From Macrostomum lignano (taxonomy: Eukaryota): a DNA stretch of 64,000 bases. Positions within the stretch are counted from its first letter, which is position 1. Every line of letters starts with the position of its first letter. The translations under genes and the position numbers were made by a program. This document shows, piece after piece, positions 33,511-46,496 of this stretch. The notes under the pieces are model-generated. The model ran no database searches. It had not been told where the DNA came from and was given only the letters and a program-made list of their open reading frames with translations. The DNA lies in the NCBI GenBank assembly GCA_002269645.1, contig NIVC01002686.1, forward strand, positions 62,001 to 126,000, given 5' to 3'.

Positions 33511-35556
33511 ATGGCGTTAGACTTTGACGGAGACTCGGAGTGAGCTGGTTCACTGCTGATGATGAATCAATTGATGGATCCAAAGTTGAAAATCCCCATA
33601 GTGACCAAGAAGAAGGGCAGGATGAGTCACTTGTAGGAGAACAGTGGCATCTTGTTGAAGATGGCGCTGATGCCAGACCAGCACCTCTGCCTGAGTTCCT
33701 CGGAGTACCAGGAGTCAGGCCCGATTTGCAGCTTCCTGAGATTGCCGACGGAAACGAGAGTGATTTTATCAAGCTGTACGAGGGCTGAGCAATAGTTTCA
33801 GATTTCAGAATCTGATTTTGTCAGATTTTGTCAGCCGCCTCTCAACTATGCACATCCGGAAACTTATTGCTCAGCCCTCTTATTTGACGGATGGGTTGAT
33901 GGAGAACATCAAGAACTGGACAAACGCAAAGGTTTGGAAAACCTATGAGGATAACTTTGACGGTGGAACAGTCCCAAATTTTGTGCTGAACTGGAAGGAC
34001 TGCACGGTTAATGAAGTAAGAAAATTGATCGGAATTGTTTTGCTGATGGGACTGGACAAGAAGCCTGAAATATCGAGCTATTGGTCGCAAGATCCGGCTT
34101 ATCACTGTGCATTTCTTGCTGATGAGCCTTGTTCTCTTCCTAGAGACAGGTTCAAGCAGATCTTGTCCTGTTTTCGCTTTTACGATTGCACTGAGGCTCT
34201 GCACGGGGGTCCCTTGGCTAAGACGCAGCCTTTTCTGCAACAGGCTAAGCAGCTGTGCAGCAACAACTATGCCTCGTCAGCGGCTCTCGATTGATGAAAG
34301 TCTCGTGCTGTACAAGTTAACTGTTGTTCAAGCAGTACATCCCAACGAAGAGCAGTAAGTACGGAATCAAGATGTAATGGCTTTGTGAGTCCGACATGAC
34401 CTACCTGTGGAATTTTGAAATCCATACATCAACTGAAGCCAACCAAATGTTCGGTGATGGACTGGGCTGTCAAAATTTGTCCATGAGTGAGAGAGTTGTG
34501 GCTGAGTTGTGCCGCAATTTGCTTTACCTAGGCTACCATATTTTCACAGACAGTTGGTTCACTTCGCACAGACTTGCTACGTGGCTGCTGCAACGGAATG
34601 TTCTTCTCACTGGCACAGTGCGCAAAAACCGCGGCATCCCAAACCTGCTGCAGGCTGTAAATCTGCAGCCAACTTCTTCCGCCATTGCACGCTCTGGAAA
34701 TGTGCTTGCCTGCAAGTTTGTTGACAGGAAATAGAGTGGCGTCAAGACTGTTTTCGTATTGGACACCGCTGGATCGGCCGAATGTAGGCAGGTTCAGCGC
34801 ACTCGTCGTGGCGGCAGCGTTCAGATCGTCACCAAACCGACTAGCGTGCTCTCGTACTCTAACAGCATGGGTGGCGTCGACCACATGGATTCCGCTCTAC
34901 ACCCGTACTTGGCCAATCGAAAAAGCATCCGGTGGTTCCACAAACTCGGGTTTCACCTGATCCTGCTGCTCGTTCGCAACGCTTGGATTGTCTACCAACA
35001 GGCAGGTGGCAGCAAGACTTTTCTGCAGTTCTTAAGACAGGCTATTAAAATATTGGTTGAGGATACCGGTGATGCTAGGCGACGTGGAGCCCAGCCTCGT
35101 AGAGTTGGTGTGGGTGCCGGAGCTGCAGCAGGTGCGGGTGCCGGAGCTGCAGCAGGTGCAGGCGCCGGAGCTGCGGCAGGTGCGGGTGCCGGAGCTGCAG
35201 CAGGTGCGGGTGCCGGAGCGGCAACAGGTGCGGATGCTGGAGCGGCAGCAGGTGCGGATGCCGGAGCGGCAACAGGTGCGGATGCCGGAGCGGCAGCAGG
35301 TGCGGATGCCGGAGCGGCAGCAGGTGCGGATGCCAGAGCGGCAGCAGGTGCGGGTGCGGCAGTCGGTGTGGGCGTTCATTTGCCAACTAAGGCGCCAATA
35401 CAAGGAGCTCAAAGCCGCCCACGCAAGCGCTGCCGGATGTGCTATCAGCATGGTGTGGTGAAAAGAACAGTGACTGTTTGTGCCGCTTGTCGAGGAGTTC
35501 CTGCATTGTGTTTGGGTGCTTGCTTTGCTTGCTGGCACATGGTTCATCCTAACTGA
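33511..35556 (+). pseudogene. piggyBac (PGBD4-like) transposase pseudogene
   Basis: Fragments in several frames with stops; catalytic motifs LSIDES, IFTDSWFTS and MGGVDHMD; C-terminal Cys-rich domain RKRCRMC...CAAC..PALC..ACFACWH. Confidence 0.9.
35111..35360 (+). repeat. 18-bp in-frame repeat encoding (GAGAAA/GADAGA)n
   Basis: About 14 units between the catalytic core and the Cys-rich domain. Confidence 0.9.
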
Positions 35557-36634
35557 CATGGTGGGATGAGCGGCTTTTGTGTTGAAAAAAAACAATGAAG
35601 TTTTGGCAGCCCAATGCGCACTTCTATTTATTCATGATCTGAATTCCCTTTTTCTGTCACCTATTCTACTGTGTTTTTCTGTTCGAATACAGTTCAATTA
35701 TACACAGCTCGTTCTATTTATTAATAGTCAAGACTTCCTAAAAACTAATGCTTTTTGCGTTAGTTTGTGTTATCAATAAAGAAAGCATGATCTACATTCG
35801 TGTTATACTATACTACGTATAAGATACCTGGTACAAATGTACTAACTACTTCTAAATATACTAATCAAATACTATTATTCGTTTTTAATATATGCAGGTG
35901 TGCATTTGGTCCTGGTCCTATTCTTGATCTGTGATGATTGCCATAGACTGCCACCTAACCTATAGGAAAATAAGCAGCTTTCCAACTAAAACGGACGTGG
36001 CACGTTTTTGAGCCATGTCAGTCGGCAACGGGGGTATTAAATTCTGCAATCTACGATTGCCCTAGACACTAAGATTCGGTTCCGTCAATAACTATGATTA
36101 CTTTATGGCACAAAATCGTGCCATCCGTCTTCTGCCGGTTAATATATTATAACAAATAAGATAAGCATTCTTTTTAAAACAGTAAAGATTTATAATATAA
36201 CCCCCAAAATATTTGCTTAGGCCTATATTATAATATTATAGATATTATATGATATTGAAGGGGTTATAGCCTTGTGGTGTCACTTTTACTTTTTTATTTC
36301 TATAGTTGCTTCTTTTTATCACTTCTGAATTAACATGATTTTTAAATTATATTCCACGGCTTATTGGCTTAATCACTGGCTATATATGGCTATATAACTA
36401 TTCAATTAGATGATTATTAGGTTTCATTCTAAATTTATATTATTATAATTATGACATTTGTTTTTTATGATATTAAATTTATGTATTAAATTTTTTTGGG
36501 TTCAAATATAATAAAAACAATCCTTTAATTGAAATAAAGTAAATTTTTGTCACTGATCAAATCAAAATTGAACTAAAAATGCACATACTATTTCTACTTA
36601 TGGTTTTGTAAAGCAATTGATTGGAGCACTAAAA

Positions 36635-39600
36635 ATGGGAGAAGCAATTCCTTTAATACAATACGAGCCTATACAACTAAATGAGGCACCAACAGAGATA
36701 TTTGCAAATTTTCTTTACGATTCTATAAGTTCCAGTTATAGAGAATCGACAATAAATACAATTCAGGAGCATCTAACACAACATATGATAACAGTAGGAA
36801 GTATTGATCATCCAGTATTGCAGCCATTATATGAAATAGCCATCTCAAATTCTGATGAGCAGCCACATCTCCAGCCTAGTTCTATTGTATTGAAATTGGC
36901 TTCCAGTCTAATGCTGACTATTCCTGAGATTCTGCCTGACATACCCAATCAGGTTTTAGTTAATAGAGAAGGAATCCTGCTGCCAGATGCTCAGTATGCT
37001 CAGATGGCGTCCAGGTACAGGCTGGCCAGCTACAATTCAGCTGCTACTACTGCTGAATTCAGAGAAGGAATATTTGCACTGCTGAATACTCGCAGTCCAG
37101 ACACAGAGCGCCTATTGCGGCTGACACTGGCCGATGCTAAGCGTCTTGGAAAGCGCGGCCGTTATTTTCAAACTGTTCAGGACTTCCTTAGGGATTGCCG
37201 TAAATGGAATAATCCGGCGCTGTTCGTTGAAGGATTTCAACAGCTTCTGTTAGCTGCTATGGTCATCTCGCCTATTGAGTGCAGAGACGTGAGTGCCAGC
37301 TGCTAATTATGGGAAACTAATCGGCTTCTAGTTGGGTGCAGTATCCTGGAGGCTACCAGTGACTTTAATGTTGAACGTCCTGAATGTTGGTAGGTAGGTA
37401 GGTGGTAGGCGAATGCAGTAGCCTGAATGTTGGTAGGCAGGCGGTTGGCGAATGCAGTAGCCTGAATGTTGGTAGGCAGGCGGTTGGCGAATGCAGTAGC
37501 CTGAATGTTGGTAGGTAGGTGGTAGGCGAATGCAGTAGCCTGAATGTTGGTAGGTAGGTGGTAGGCGAATGCAGTAGCCTGAATGTTGGTAGGCAGGCGG
37601 TTGGCGAATGCAGTAGCCTGAATGTTGGTAGGCAGGCGGTTGGCGAATGCAGTAGCCTGAATGTTGGTAGGTAGGTAGGTGGTAGGCGAATGCAGTAGCC
37701 TGAATGTTGGTAGGCAGGCGGTTGGCGAATGCATTAGCCTGAATGTTGGTAGGCAGGCGGTTGGCGAATGCAGTAGCCTGAATGTTGGTAGGCAGGCGGT
37801 TGGCGAATGCAGTAGCCTGAATGTTGGTAGGTAGGTAGGTGGTAGGCGAATGCAGTAGCCTGAATGTTGGTAGGCAGGCGGTTGGCGAATGCAGTAGCCT
37901 GAATGTTGGTAGGTAGGTAGGTGGTAGGCGAATGCAGTAGCCTGAATGTTGGTAGATAGGTAGGTGGTAGGCGAATGCAGTAGCCTGAATGTTGGTAGGC
38001 AGGCGGTTGGCGAATGCAGTAGCCTGAATGTTGGTAGGTAGGTAGGTGGTAGGCGAATGCAGTAGCCTGAATGTTGGTAGGCAGGCGGTTGGCGAATGCA
38101 TTAGCCTGAATGTTGGTAGGCAGGCGGTTGGCGAATGCAGTAGCCTGAATGTTGGTAGGCAGGCGGTTGGCGAATGCAGTAGCCTGAATGTTGGTAGATA
38201 GGTAGGTGGTAGGCGAATGCAGTAGCCTGAATGTTGGTAGGCAGGCGGTAGGCGAATGCAATAGCACAGCGTATGCGAGCTCAAACATTCTCGCCCGCCC
38301 CTCTGCCAGCCCAACGTTGTCAAGGTCGCCTTGAAAAGGCTCGCGAACGCGGAGATGGGATTTGTTATTCTGGCCGCCTGCCGGTGCCAATTCAAAATTC
38401 TCGGCTTCTACTTGCTGCGCGCCCTGTCCAAACTGGAGCTGCCTGCACGGCCACCCTGCTGCCGGCTGACCTTACGGCAGCATCGGCTGCTTAACCTGCC
38501 TCTGCTTGTGCCTCGGCTACCGGTTCTCATTGTGGACCCTCAGCCGGGCGGTCGGCCCAGCCAGAGGTTTGCCAGCTTCTTTGGGTCTGGGCGGTTAATT
38601 TTTCACGCACCTTTTGACATTAGATTTGCTCGGATTAAAGTTATATTGCCCTGAGACTTCTAGCCCTGAGATTTCTAAGACTAGAGAATTCTAATCCTAT
38701 GAGATTTCCCCCGCCATGAAAATTCCAGTCCTATGAGATTCCCCCCACCATGAGAATTCTAATCCTGAGATTCCCCCGCCATGAAAATTCCAGTCCTATG
38801 AGATTCCCCCCACCATGAGAATTCTAATCCTGAGATTCCCCCGCCATGAAAATTCCAGTCCTGTGAGATTCCCTCCACCATGAGAATTCCAATCCTGAGA
38901 TTCCCCCGCCATGAAAATTCCAGTCCTATGAGATTCCCCCCCACCATGAGAATTCCAATCCTATGAGATTCCCCCACCATGAGAATTCCAATCCTATGAG
39001 ATCCCCCCACCACGAGAATTCCAATCCTATGAGATTCCCCCGCCATGAAAATTCCAGTCCTGTGATATTCCCCCCCCATGAGAATTCCAGTCGTATGAGA
39101 TTCCCCCGCCATGAGAATTCCACTTCTAGGAGTATAGCCAGCCATGAGAAGTTCATGAGGTTACCCTCTCTCTGAAAATATCCTCACTTTTGTTTCCTAA
39201 AACTCACGAGATTTTGTTGGCTATTCCTACCTGCCAGGTGCCAGGAGCTCATCACAATGTCTGGCGCCACTTCTCTAAAAACACTGTGCTACAGAAACTT
39301 CTTCATCGCCCCCTGTCGGAATTTTAACGGCTTCTCCGACGAGGAAGTTTTGCAAGCGCAGCAGTCTTTGTTGCGATCGGTGGGTTTGGTTTTTGGCTGA
39401 TTGCCATCTCATCAAAGCCTTGGCTTTTAAAACTTGGAAACTGAAATGCTGCTTTTAAACCGCCCTCTAATCAAGCCAGCACCCTGCCTCTAATCAAGCC
39501 AGTACCCTGTCTCTAATCAAGCCAGTACCCTGTCTCTAATCAAGCCAGCACCCTGCCTCTAATCAAGCCAGTACCCTGTCTCTAATCAAGCCAGTACCCT

Positions 39601-41124
39601 GTCTCTAATCAAGCCAGCACCCTGTCTCTAATCAAGCCAGCACCCTGTCTCTAATCAAGCCAGCACCCTGTCTCTAATCAAGCCAGTACCCTGTCTCTAA
39701 TCAAGCCAGCACCCTGTCTCTAATCAAGCCAGCATCTAATCAAGCAAGCCAACACCCTGTCTCTAATCAAGCCAGCACCCTGTCTCTAATCAAGCCAGCA
39801 CCCTGTCTCTAATCAAGCCAGCATCTAATCAAGCAAGCCAACACCCTGTCTCTAATCAAGCCAACACCCTGTCTTTAGTTAAGTCAGTACCCTGTCTCTA
39901 ATCAAGCCAGTACCCGCCATCTAATCAAGCCAGTACCCGCTCTCTAATCAAGCCAGTACCCACCATCTAATCAAGCCAGTACCCGCCATCTAATCAAGCC
40001 AGTACCCACCATCTAATCAAGCCAGTACCCGCCATCTAATCAAGCCAGTACCCACCATCTAATCAAGCCAGTACCCGCCATCTAATCAAGCCAGTACCCA
40101 CCATCTAATCAAGCCAGTACCCGCCATCTAATCAAGCCAGTACCCACCATCTAATCAAGCCAGTACCCACCATCTAATCAAGCCAGTACCCACCATCTAA
40201 TCAAGCCAGTACCCGCCATCTAATCAAGCCAGTACCCACCATCTAATCAAGCCAGTACCCACCATCTAATCAAGCCAGTACCCGCAATCTAATCAAGCCA
40301 GTACCCACCATCTAATCAAGGCGTACCCGTCCTCTAATCAAGCCAGCACCCTGTCTCTAATCAAGCCAGCACCCTGTCTATAATCAAGCCAGCACCCTGT
40401 CTCTAATCAAGCCAACACCCTGTCTCTAATCAAGCCAGCACCCTGTCTCTAATCAAGCCAGCACCCTGTCTCTAATCAAGCCAGCACCCTGTCTCTAATC
40501 AAGCCAGCACCCTGTCTCTAATCAAGCCAGCACCCTGTCTCTAATCAAGCCAGCACCCTGTCTCTAATCAAGCCAGCACCCTGTCTCTAATCAAGCCAGT
40601 ACCCGCTCTCTAATCAAGCCAGCACCCTGTCTCTAATCAAGCCAGCATCTAATCAAGAAAGCCAACACCCTCTCTCGAATCAAGCCAGTACTCTGTCTCT
40701 AATCAAGCCAGCACCCTGTCTCTAATCAAGCCAGTACCCGTCCTCTAATCAAGTTAGTTCCCGCCCTCCCCCCAATCTCACCGCTAGTCTCACAACCACT
40801 TCTCTCCCCAATCTGCAGGAAAGCATCGGCGCTGTAGTCTGCCTGGTTAGTAGCGAGGCTGATGCTGATGACGAATTCTATAGCAGTTCAATTCGCCTGG
40901 TGACCGACGCCGCTCGCCATCGCCCTGACCTGCTCATATTGTGGTGCTTAGAGCAGCCCGAGTGCGTCGAGCAGCTTCGCCAGCTTGGCCCCGATGTTGA
41001 TGGGCAAAACGGAGTTTTCGTATTTCAACCTCTAATTGGTTGCGTTGGGAATTGGCGTAGTCGTCGTACATGGCCCGTTTGGCGCAATCTTCTCAATGCT
41101 CTGGATGGGCTGAGCTACCTGTGA
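36635..41124 (+). CDS. Predicted 4-exon orphan gene; exons 36635-37288, 38265-38566, 39238-39379, 40819-41124
   Basis: Phase-compatible GT-AG junctions (0, 2, 0): GAC|GTGAGT, ATAG|CAC, AG|GTTTGC, CCAG|G, TCG|GTGGGT, CTGCAG|GAA. About 466 aa. The exon 2 boundaries are the weakest part. Confidence 0.55.
37378..38264. repeat. Intronic minisatellite, 39/43-bp unit (GGCGAATGCAGTAGCCTGAATGTTGGTAGGCAGGCGGTT)
   Basis: Tandem copies read directly. Confidence 0.95.
38660..39145. repeat. Intronic minisatellite, about 33-bp unit (GAGATTCCCCCGCCATGAAAATTCCAGTCCTAT)
   Basis: Tandem copies with length variants. Confidence 0.9.
39465..40755. repeat. Intronic minisatellite, 22-23-bp unit (TCTAATCAAGCCAGCACCCTGTC)
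   Basis: Tandem copies with a central block of the TACCC(A/G)CCA variant. Confidence 0.95.
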
Positions 41125-41271
41125 CAATTCATCTTGTGTTTTTTTGCTTCTGTCTGTAGCCAAACTGCTGAATCTCGTATTATCGGATCTTGTCTATTTT
41201 TCATTTTACCACTTTATTATTAACATTTCGAGCGTCTATTTTGTATTATTTTTTACTTAGAAATGTTGTTT

Positions 41272-42165
41272 TAACGCTAGGCCATAGACAGCTGAATACT
41301 CTAGACCATAGACAGCTGAATACTCTAGGCCATCGACTGGTGAATACTCTAGGCCATAGACAGCTGAATACTCTAGACCATAGACAGCTGAATACTCTAG
41401 GCCATCGACTGGTGAATACTCTAGGCCATCGACTGGCGAATACTCTAGGCCATCGACTGGTGAATACTCTAGGCCATCGACTGGTGAATACTCTAGGCCA
41501 TAGACAGGTGAATACTCTAGGCCATAGACTGGTGAATACTCTAGGCCATAGACTGGTGAATACTCTAGGCCATAGACAGGTGAATACTCTAGGCCATAGA
41601 CAGGTGAATACTCTAGGCCATAGACTGGTGAATACTCTAGGCCATAGACAGGTGAATACTCTAGGCCATAGACTGGTGAATACTCTAGGCCATAGACTGG
41701 TGAATACTTTAGACCATAGACAGGTGAATACTCTAGGCCATCGACTGGTGAATACTCTAGGCCATCGACTGGTGAATACTCTAGGCCATAGACTGGTGAA
41801 TACTCTAGGCCATAGACTGGTGAATACTCTAGGCCATAGACTGGTGAATACTCTAGGCCATAGACTGGTGAATACTCTAGGCCATCGACTGGTGAATACT
41901 CTAGGCCATAGACTGGTGAATACTCTAGGCCATAGACTGGTGAATACTCTAGGCCATAGACTGGTGAATACTCTAGGCCATAGACTGGTGAATACTCTAG
42001 GCCATCGACTGGTGAATACTCTAGGCCATAGACTGGTGAATACTCTAGGCCATATACTGGTGAATACTCTAGGCCATAGACTGGTGAATACTCTAGGCCA
42101 TAGACAGGTGAATACTCTAGGCCATAGACAGCTGAATACTTTAGACCATCGACAGTTGAATATTC
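41272..42165. repeat. Minisatellite, 24-bp unit (GGCCATAGACTGGTGAATACTCTA)
   Basis: Tandem copies; source of the 354-aa TLGHRLVN ORF. Confidence 0.96.
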
Positions 42166-43073
42166 AGGACTATTCCATATGCTTAATTAGAGTGTTTACT
42201 GCCTATACTTTTTTCAAATCAACATTTTTGTCTTCCAGATTTCTACGAGATTAATCCTGTATTTTTGCTCAATTTTTCAGATTTTTTATGCAGATTTTAT
42301 AATAAAGATTGTCTCATGCCTTACTTGCTCCTAACACAAACCAGGTTGAATATTTTTCGTCATATACTACTCATTAAGAAATTTTGCTATCTTACGAATG
42401 TTATGCTTGTTTATATACAAGATATAAAGAAATTCGAACTAAATAAATAATAATTTCGGTGGGGACCACAGATACAAGAATAACTAGATGGGCCACTCAG
42501 TAAATTTGCGTGTAAGCTACTTTCAGTTCAGTAGTAAGTTAAACATGACATTTTAATGTATCTTAAAGCCAAGGCTCATTTGTTGGCTTTTATCCCTCAG
42601 TCTAAACCCTCCAACCGCGCCTTTCCACACTACCTACGCCCTAATCTTTACTGCCTTTCTCGGAATTCCAGCCTAAAGCTGCAATGTACATTTCAGTGGA
42701 CAGGCTTATGTACATTATTGCTGAACCAATTAGCAAGCTGTTTACGCCTGCCTGCAAGCTTGGGCTTCTAAACTTATCAAAGTTGTTTCAGTTGTCTTTA
42801 TTTTTATAAAATAGCTTATGTATTCTTCGTTGCTACTGAACTGAAAGTAGAAAGCTGTTTTACCAAGTATATGTGCCTGAGTGGCCCAACTAGTTATTTT
42901 AGTATCTGTAGTGGGGACCGAACAGCTGACTCTCGCGTCATTGATTTGTGGCCTGTTGTACAAATAGCTTGCGCTTGGGCATGACTGCGTGTCCGGGGCT
43001 AACAGGCTGCCATGCAAACTTAACTACCTAATTGATGTGCAAATTGCTGCCACTTCAGCTAAGCTAAACAGCC

Positions 43074-43941
43074 ATGACCAGCCAAGTGAAGCCAGGCGAC
43101 CGACTGCCGCAGGTCACTCTGTTCGACGGCGCTCCTAACAAGCCGGTCCGCATTGACGAGCTCTGCGCCGGCAAGTCGGTTGTCATTGTCGGCGTCCCCG
43201 GAGCTTTCACGCCGACCTGCCACAGCAGCCACCTGCCCGGCTTTGTAGCCGACTTTGACAAGCTCAAAGCCAAAGGTGTCGACCTGGTGATCTGCGTGGC
43301 TGTTAACGATCCGTTCGTGATGGCCGCCTGGGCTGGCGCCCTGGGATCTGGTGACAAGGTTAGTGGCTTGACTCATGATAATATTCCTCAGCACAATACT
43401 CCTCAGCACATGCAAGTGCGCCAATACTGTAAGCCAGGAGTCGGCAAACTTCGGACCGCGAAGCCTCTGTCCAGCCCTCAGGTCCTTTGAAACTTTAGAA
43501 TAGCAACCCGGCTCCCTCAGGGTAAGCTTCCCTTCTCAGTTCTCTACGCTTTTCTCCTTTCCTTTCCTCTACTCTCTCCTCTCCTACGCAGACACAGTTC
43601 GTACAGCGGCCCTGACTTTCTAATCGTCAGGCATGTACACATCGAGCATTCAGTGATTAAAGTTAGATGAAAGGCTTTGTACGCTACTGTAAGTAGAAAT
43701 GATAGTTTAAAAATTTTCTAAGTCAATTCCAAACTGCCAGGTGCTGATGCTGGCCGACAGTCGGGCCGAGTTCGCCAAAGCCCTGGGCATGGACATCGAT
43801 CTGACAGCCGTTCTTGGCAGCGTCCGCTGTCGCCGGTTCTCTATGCACGTTGTGGACAACGTTGTCAAGTCTGTGAACGCCGAGGAGGACAGCAGCAAGG
43901 TTGACGCTTCGTCCTCCTGCCGGCTGCTCACTAAGATCTGA
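43074..43941 (+). CDS. PRDX5: Peroxiredoxin-5; exons 43074-43358 and 43741-43941
   Basis: VPGAFTPTC..HLPG peroxidatic motif, VNDPFVMAAW, LMLAD, RRFSM; phase-0 intron AAG|GTTAGT...CCAG|GTG. Confidence 0.93.
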
Positions 43942-44079
43942 GGCTCTGACAGCTGCGGTGTTTCAATGGCCGGCTGTCTTCTTCCATTGATTCAAGCGTT
44001 CTTCTGACTGGAACAGTGCTTTAGTAGTTTCACAAACCTAATCTTTTCCTAAACTTTACCCAAATATTTTCAAGCATTT

Positions 44080-45765
44080 GTCAGCAAAGACACTCACGGA
44101 CAGGTCAGCAAAGACACACAAGGACAGGTCAGCAAAGACACACAAGGACAGGTCAGCAAAGACACACAAGGACAGGTCAGCCATGACACACAAGGACAGG
44201 CCAGCAAAGACACACAAGGACAGGTCAGCAAAAACACATGGACAGGTCAGCCATGACACACAAGGACAGGTCAGCAAAAACACAAGGACAGGTCAGCAAA
44301 GACACACAAGGATAGGTCAGCAAAAACACATGGACAGGTCAGCAAAGACACACAAAGACAGGTCAGCAAAAACACAAGGACAGGTCAGCAAAGACACACA
44401 AGGACAGGTCAGCAAAGACACACAAGGACAGGTCAGCAAAGACACACAAGGACAGGTCAGCCATGACACACAAGGACAGGCCAGCAAAGACACACAAGGA
44501 CAGGTCAGCAAAAACACATGGACAGGTCAGCCATGACACACAAGGACAGGTCAGCAAAAACACAAGGACAGGTCAGCAAAGACACACAAGGACAGGTCAG
44601 CAAAGACACACAAGGACAGGTCAGCAAAAACACATGGACAGGTCAGCAAAGACACACAAAGACAGGTCAGCAAAAACACAAGGACAGGTCAGCAAAGACA
44701 CACAAGGACAGGTCAGCAAAAACACATGGACAGGTCAGCCATGACACACAAGGACAGGTCAGCAAAGACACACAAAGACAGGTCAGCAAAAACACAAGGA
44801 CAGGTCAGCAAAGACACACAAGGACAGGTCAGCAAAAACACATGGACAGGTCAGAAAAGACACACAAGGACAGGTCAGCAAAAACACATGGACAGGTCAG
44901 CAAAGACACACAAGGACAAGTCAGCAAAAACACAAGGACAGGTCAGCAATGACACACAAGGACAGGTCAGAAATGACACACAAGGACAGGTCAGCAAAAA
45001 CACAAGGACAGGTCAGCAAAGACACACAAGGACAGGTCAGCAAAAACACATGGACAGGTCAGCAAAGACACACAAGGACAGGTCAGCAAAGACACACAAG
45101 GACAGGTCAGCAAAGACACACAAGGACAGGTCAGCAGACACTCAAGGACAGGTCAGCAAAGACACCCAAGGACAGGTCAGCAAAGACACACAAGGACAGG
45201 TCAGCAAAAACACATGGACAGGTCAGCAAAGACACACAAGGACAGGTCAGCAAGTCACACAAGGACAGGTCAGCAGACACTCAAGGACAGGTCAGCAAAG
45301 ACACCCAAGGACAGGTCAGCAAAAACACATGGACAGGTCAGCAAAGACACACAAGGACAGGTCAGAAAAGACACACAAGGACAGGTCAGCAAAGACACCC
45401 AAGGACAGGTCAGCAAAGACACACAAGGACAGGTCAGCAAAAACACAAGGACAGGTCAGCAAAGACACACAAGGACAGGTCAGCAAAGACACCCAAGGAC
45501 AGGTCAGCAAAAACACAAGGACAGGTCAGCAAAAACACAAGGACAGGTCAGCAAAGACACACAAGGACAGGTCAGCAAAAACACAAGGACAGGTCAGCAA
45601 AGACACACAAAGACAGGTCAGCAAAAACACAAGGACAGGTCAGCAAAGACACACAAGGACAGGTCAGCAAAAACACATGGACAGGTCAGAAAAGACACAC
45701 AAGGACAGGTCAGCAAAAACACATGGACAGGTCAGCAAAGACACACAAAGACAGGTCAGCCAAGG
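44080..45765 (+). repeat. Minisatellite, 24-bp unit (ACACAAGGACAGGTCAGCAAAGAC) with 22-bp variants
   Basis: About 70 tandem copies. Confidence 0.96.
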
Positions 45766-46496
45766 CATAAAGACACTATGACAGGTCTATTATTCTATGA
45801 ACCTATTCTAATTCTATGAACTTTCTATACGGGTTTTATCCCCGTTATTCGCTATCTATATCCCTAAAGCCAAGGGTACATTGCGGTCAATTTATTATTC
45901 TATTATATTATCCTTAAGTCTAATAGTTAGTAATCTATCTTGTAGATCAATTATATATATATCGTTCGAAATGTAGCATTTGTAGCTGGGCCCAATACTT
46001 TCCTTTTATAATTTTTTATTATTTGAAATCTTCAATTAAAAGCAAAGGAAGGTGATTTGGCTCAGGCCATTAGGCATATCCGCGCGTATGTCTGTCCTGT
46101 GCAGGAATTCATAGGCTTTCATTCATATTCGCTTAATTATTATTGCTAATAGCTTTTATTGTTATTATGATTTCTTTTCTGTCGCTGCCGGGTCCACTAG
46201 CTTCTATACTCAGTTGACAGTCTTAATTAGCAATATGTTATACAATACTTACTATAATAGACTCTGGCAACGTTTACTACTCTACAAGATCAATATGTGC
46301 TTCTAATTTGTAGAAAAATACATACAACACATAACCCGTTGATTCTATTATTCAGGTTGTTAACTGAACTTTCAGATTTTATTTTTCTAGCTGATAGTCC
46401 AGAATGCTTAATTGGTTAGTCTATTAACTAGTAATTATAGTAATTATTGTGCTTCTTGGTCTACGACAATTGACTGCCGGCCCTAGACCCAAATTA

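Larger units (their letters stand above)
33102..36138 (+). mobile_element. piggyBac-superfamily DNA transposon (defective)
   Basis: TTAA at 33098-33101 and 36139-36142; inner inverted termini CCCTTTGCCGAC (33134) and GTCGGCAACGGG (36021); subterminal TGGCAC..CGTGCCA motifs. Exact ends are uncertain. Confidence 0.8.

Noticed and set aside
41190-42254. Long repetitive ORFs (354 aa here; also 2.7-3.6, 37.3-38.4, 44-49.6, 53.7-55.0 and 57.6-58.2 kb)
   Set aside because: They arise from stop-free minisatellite units, and several lie in introns of well-supported genes.
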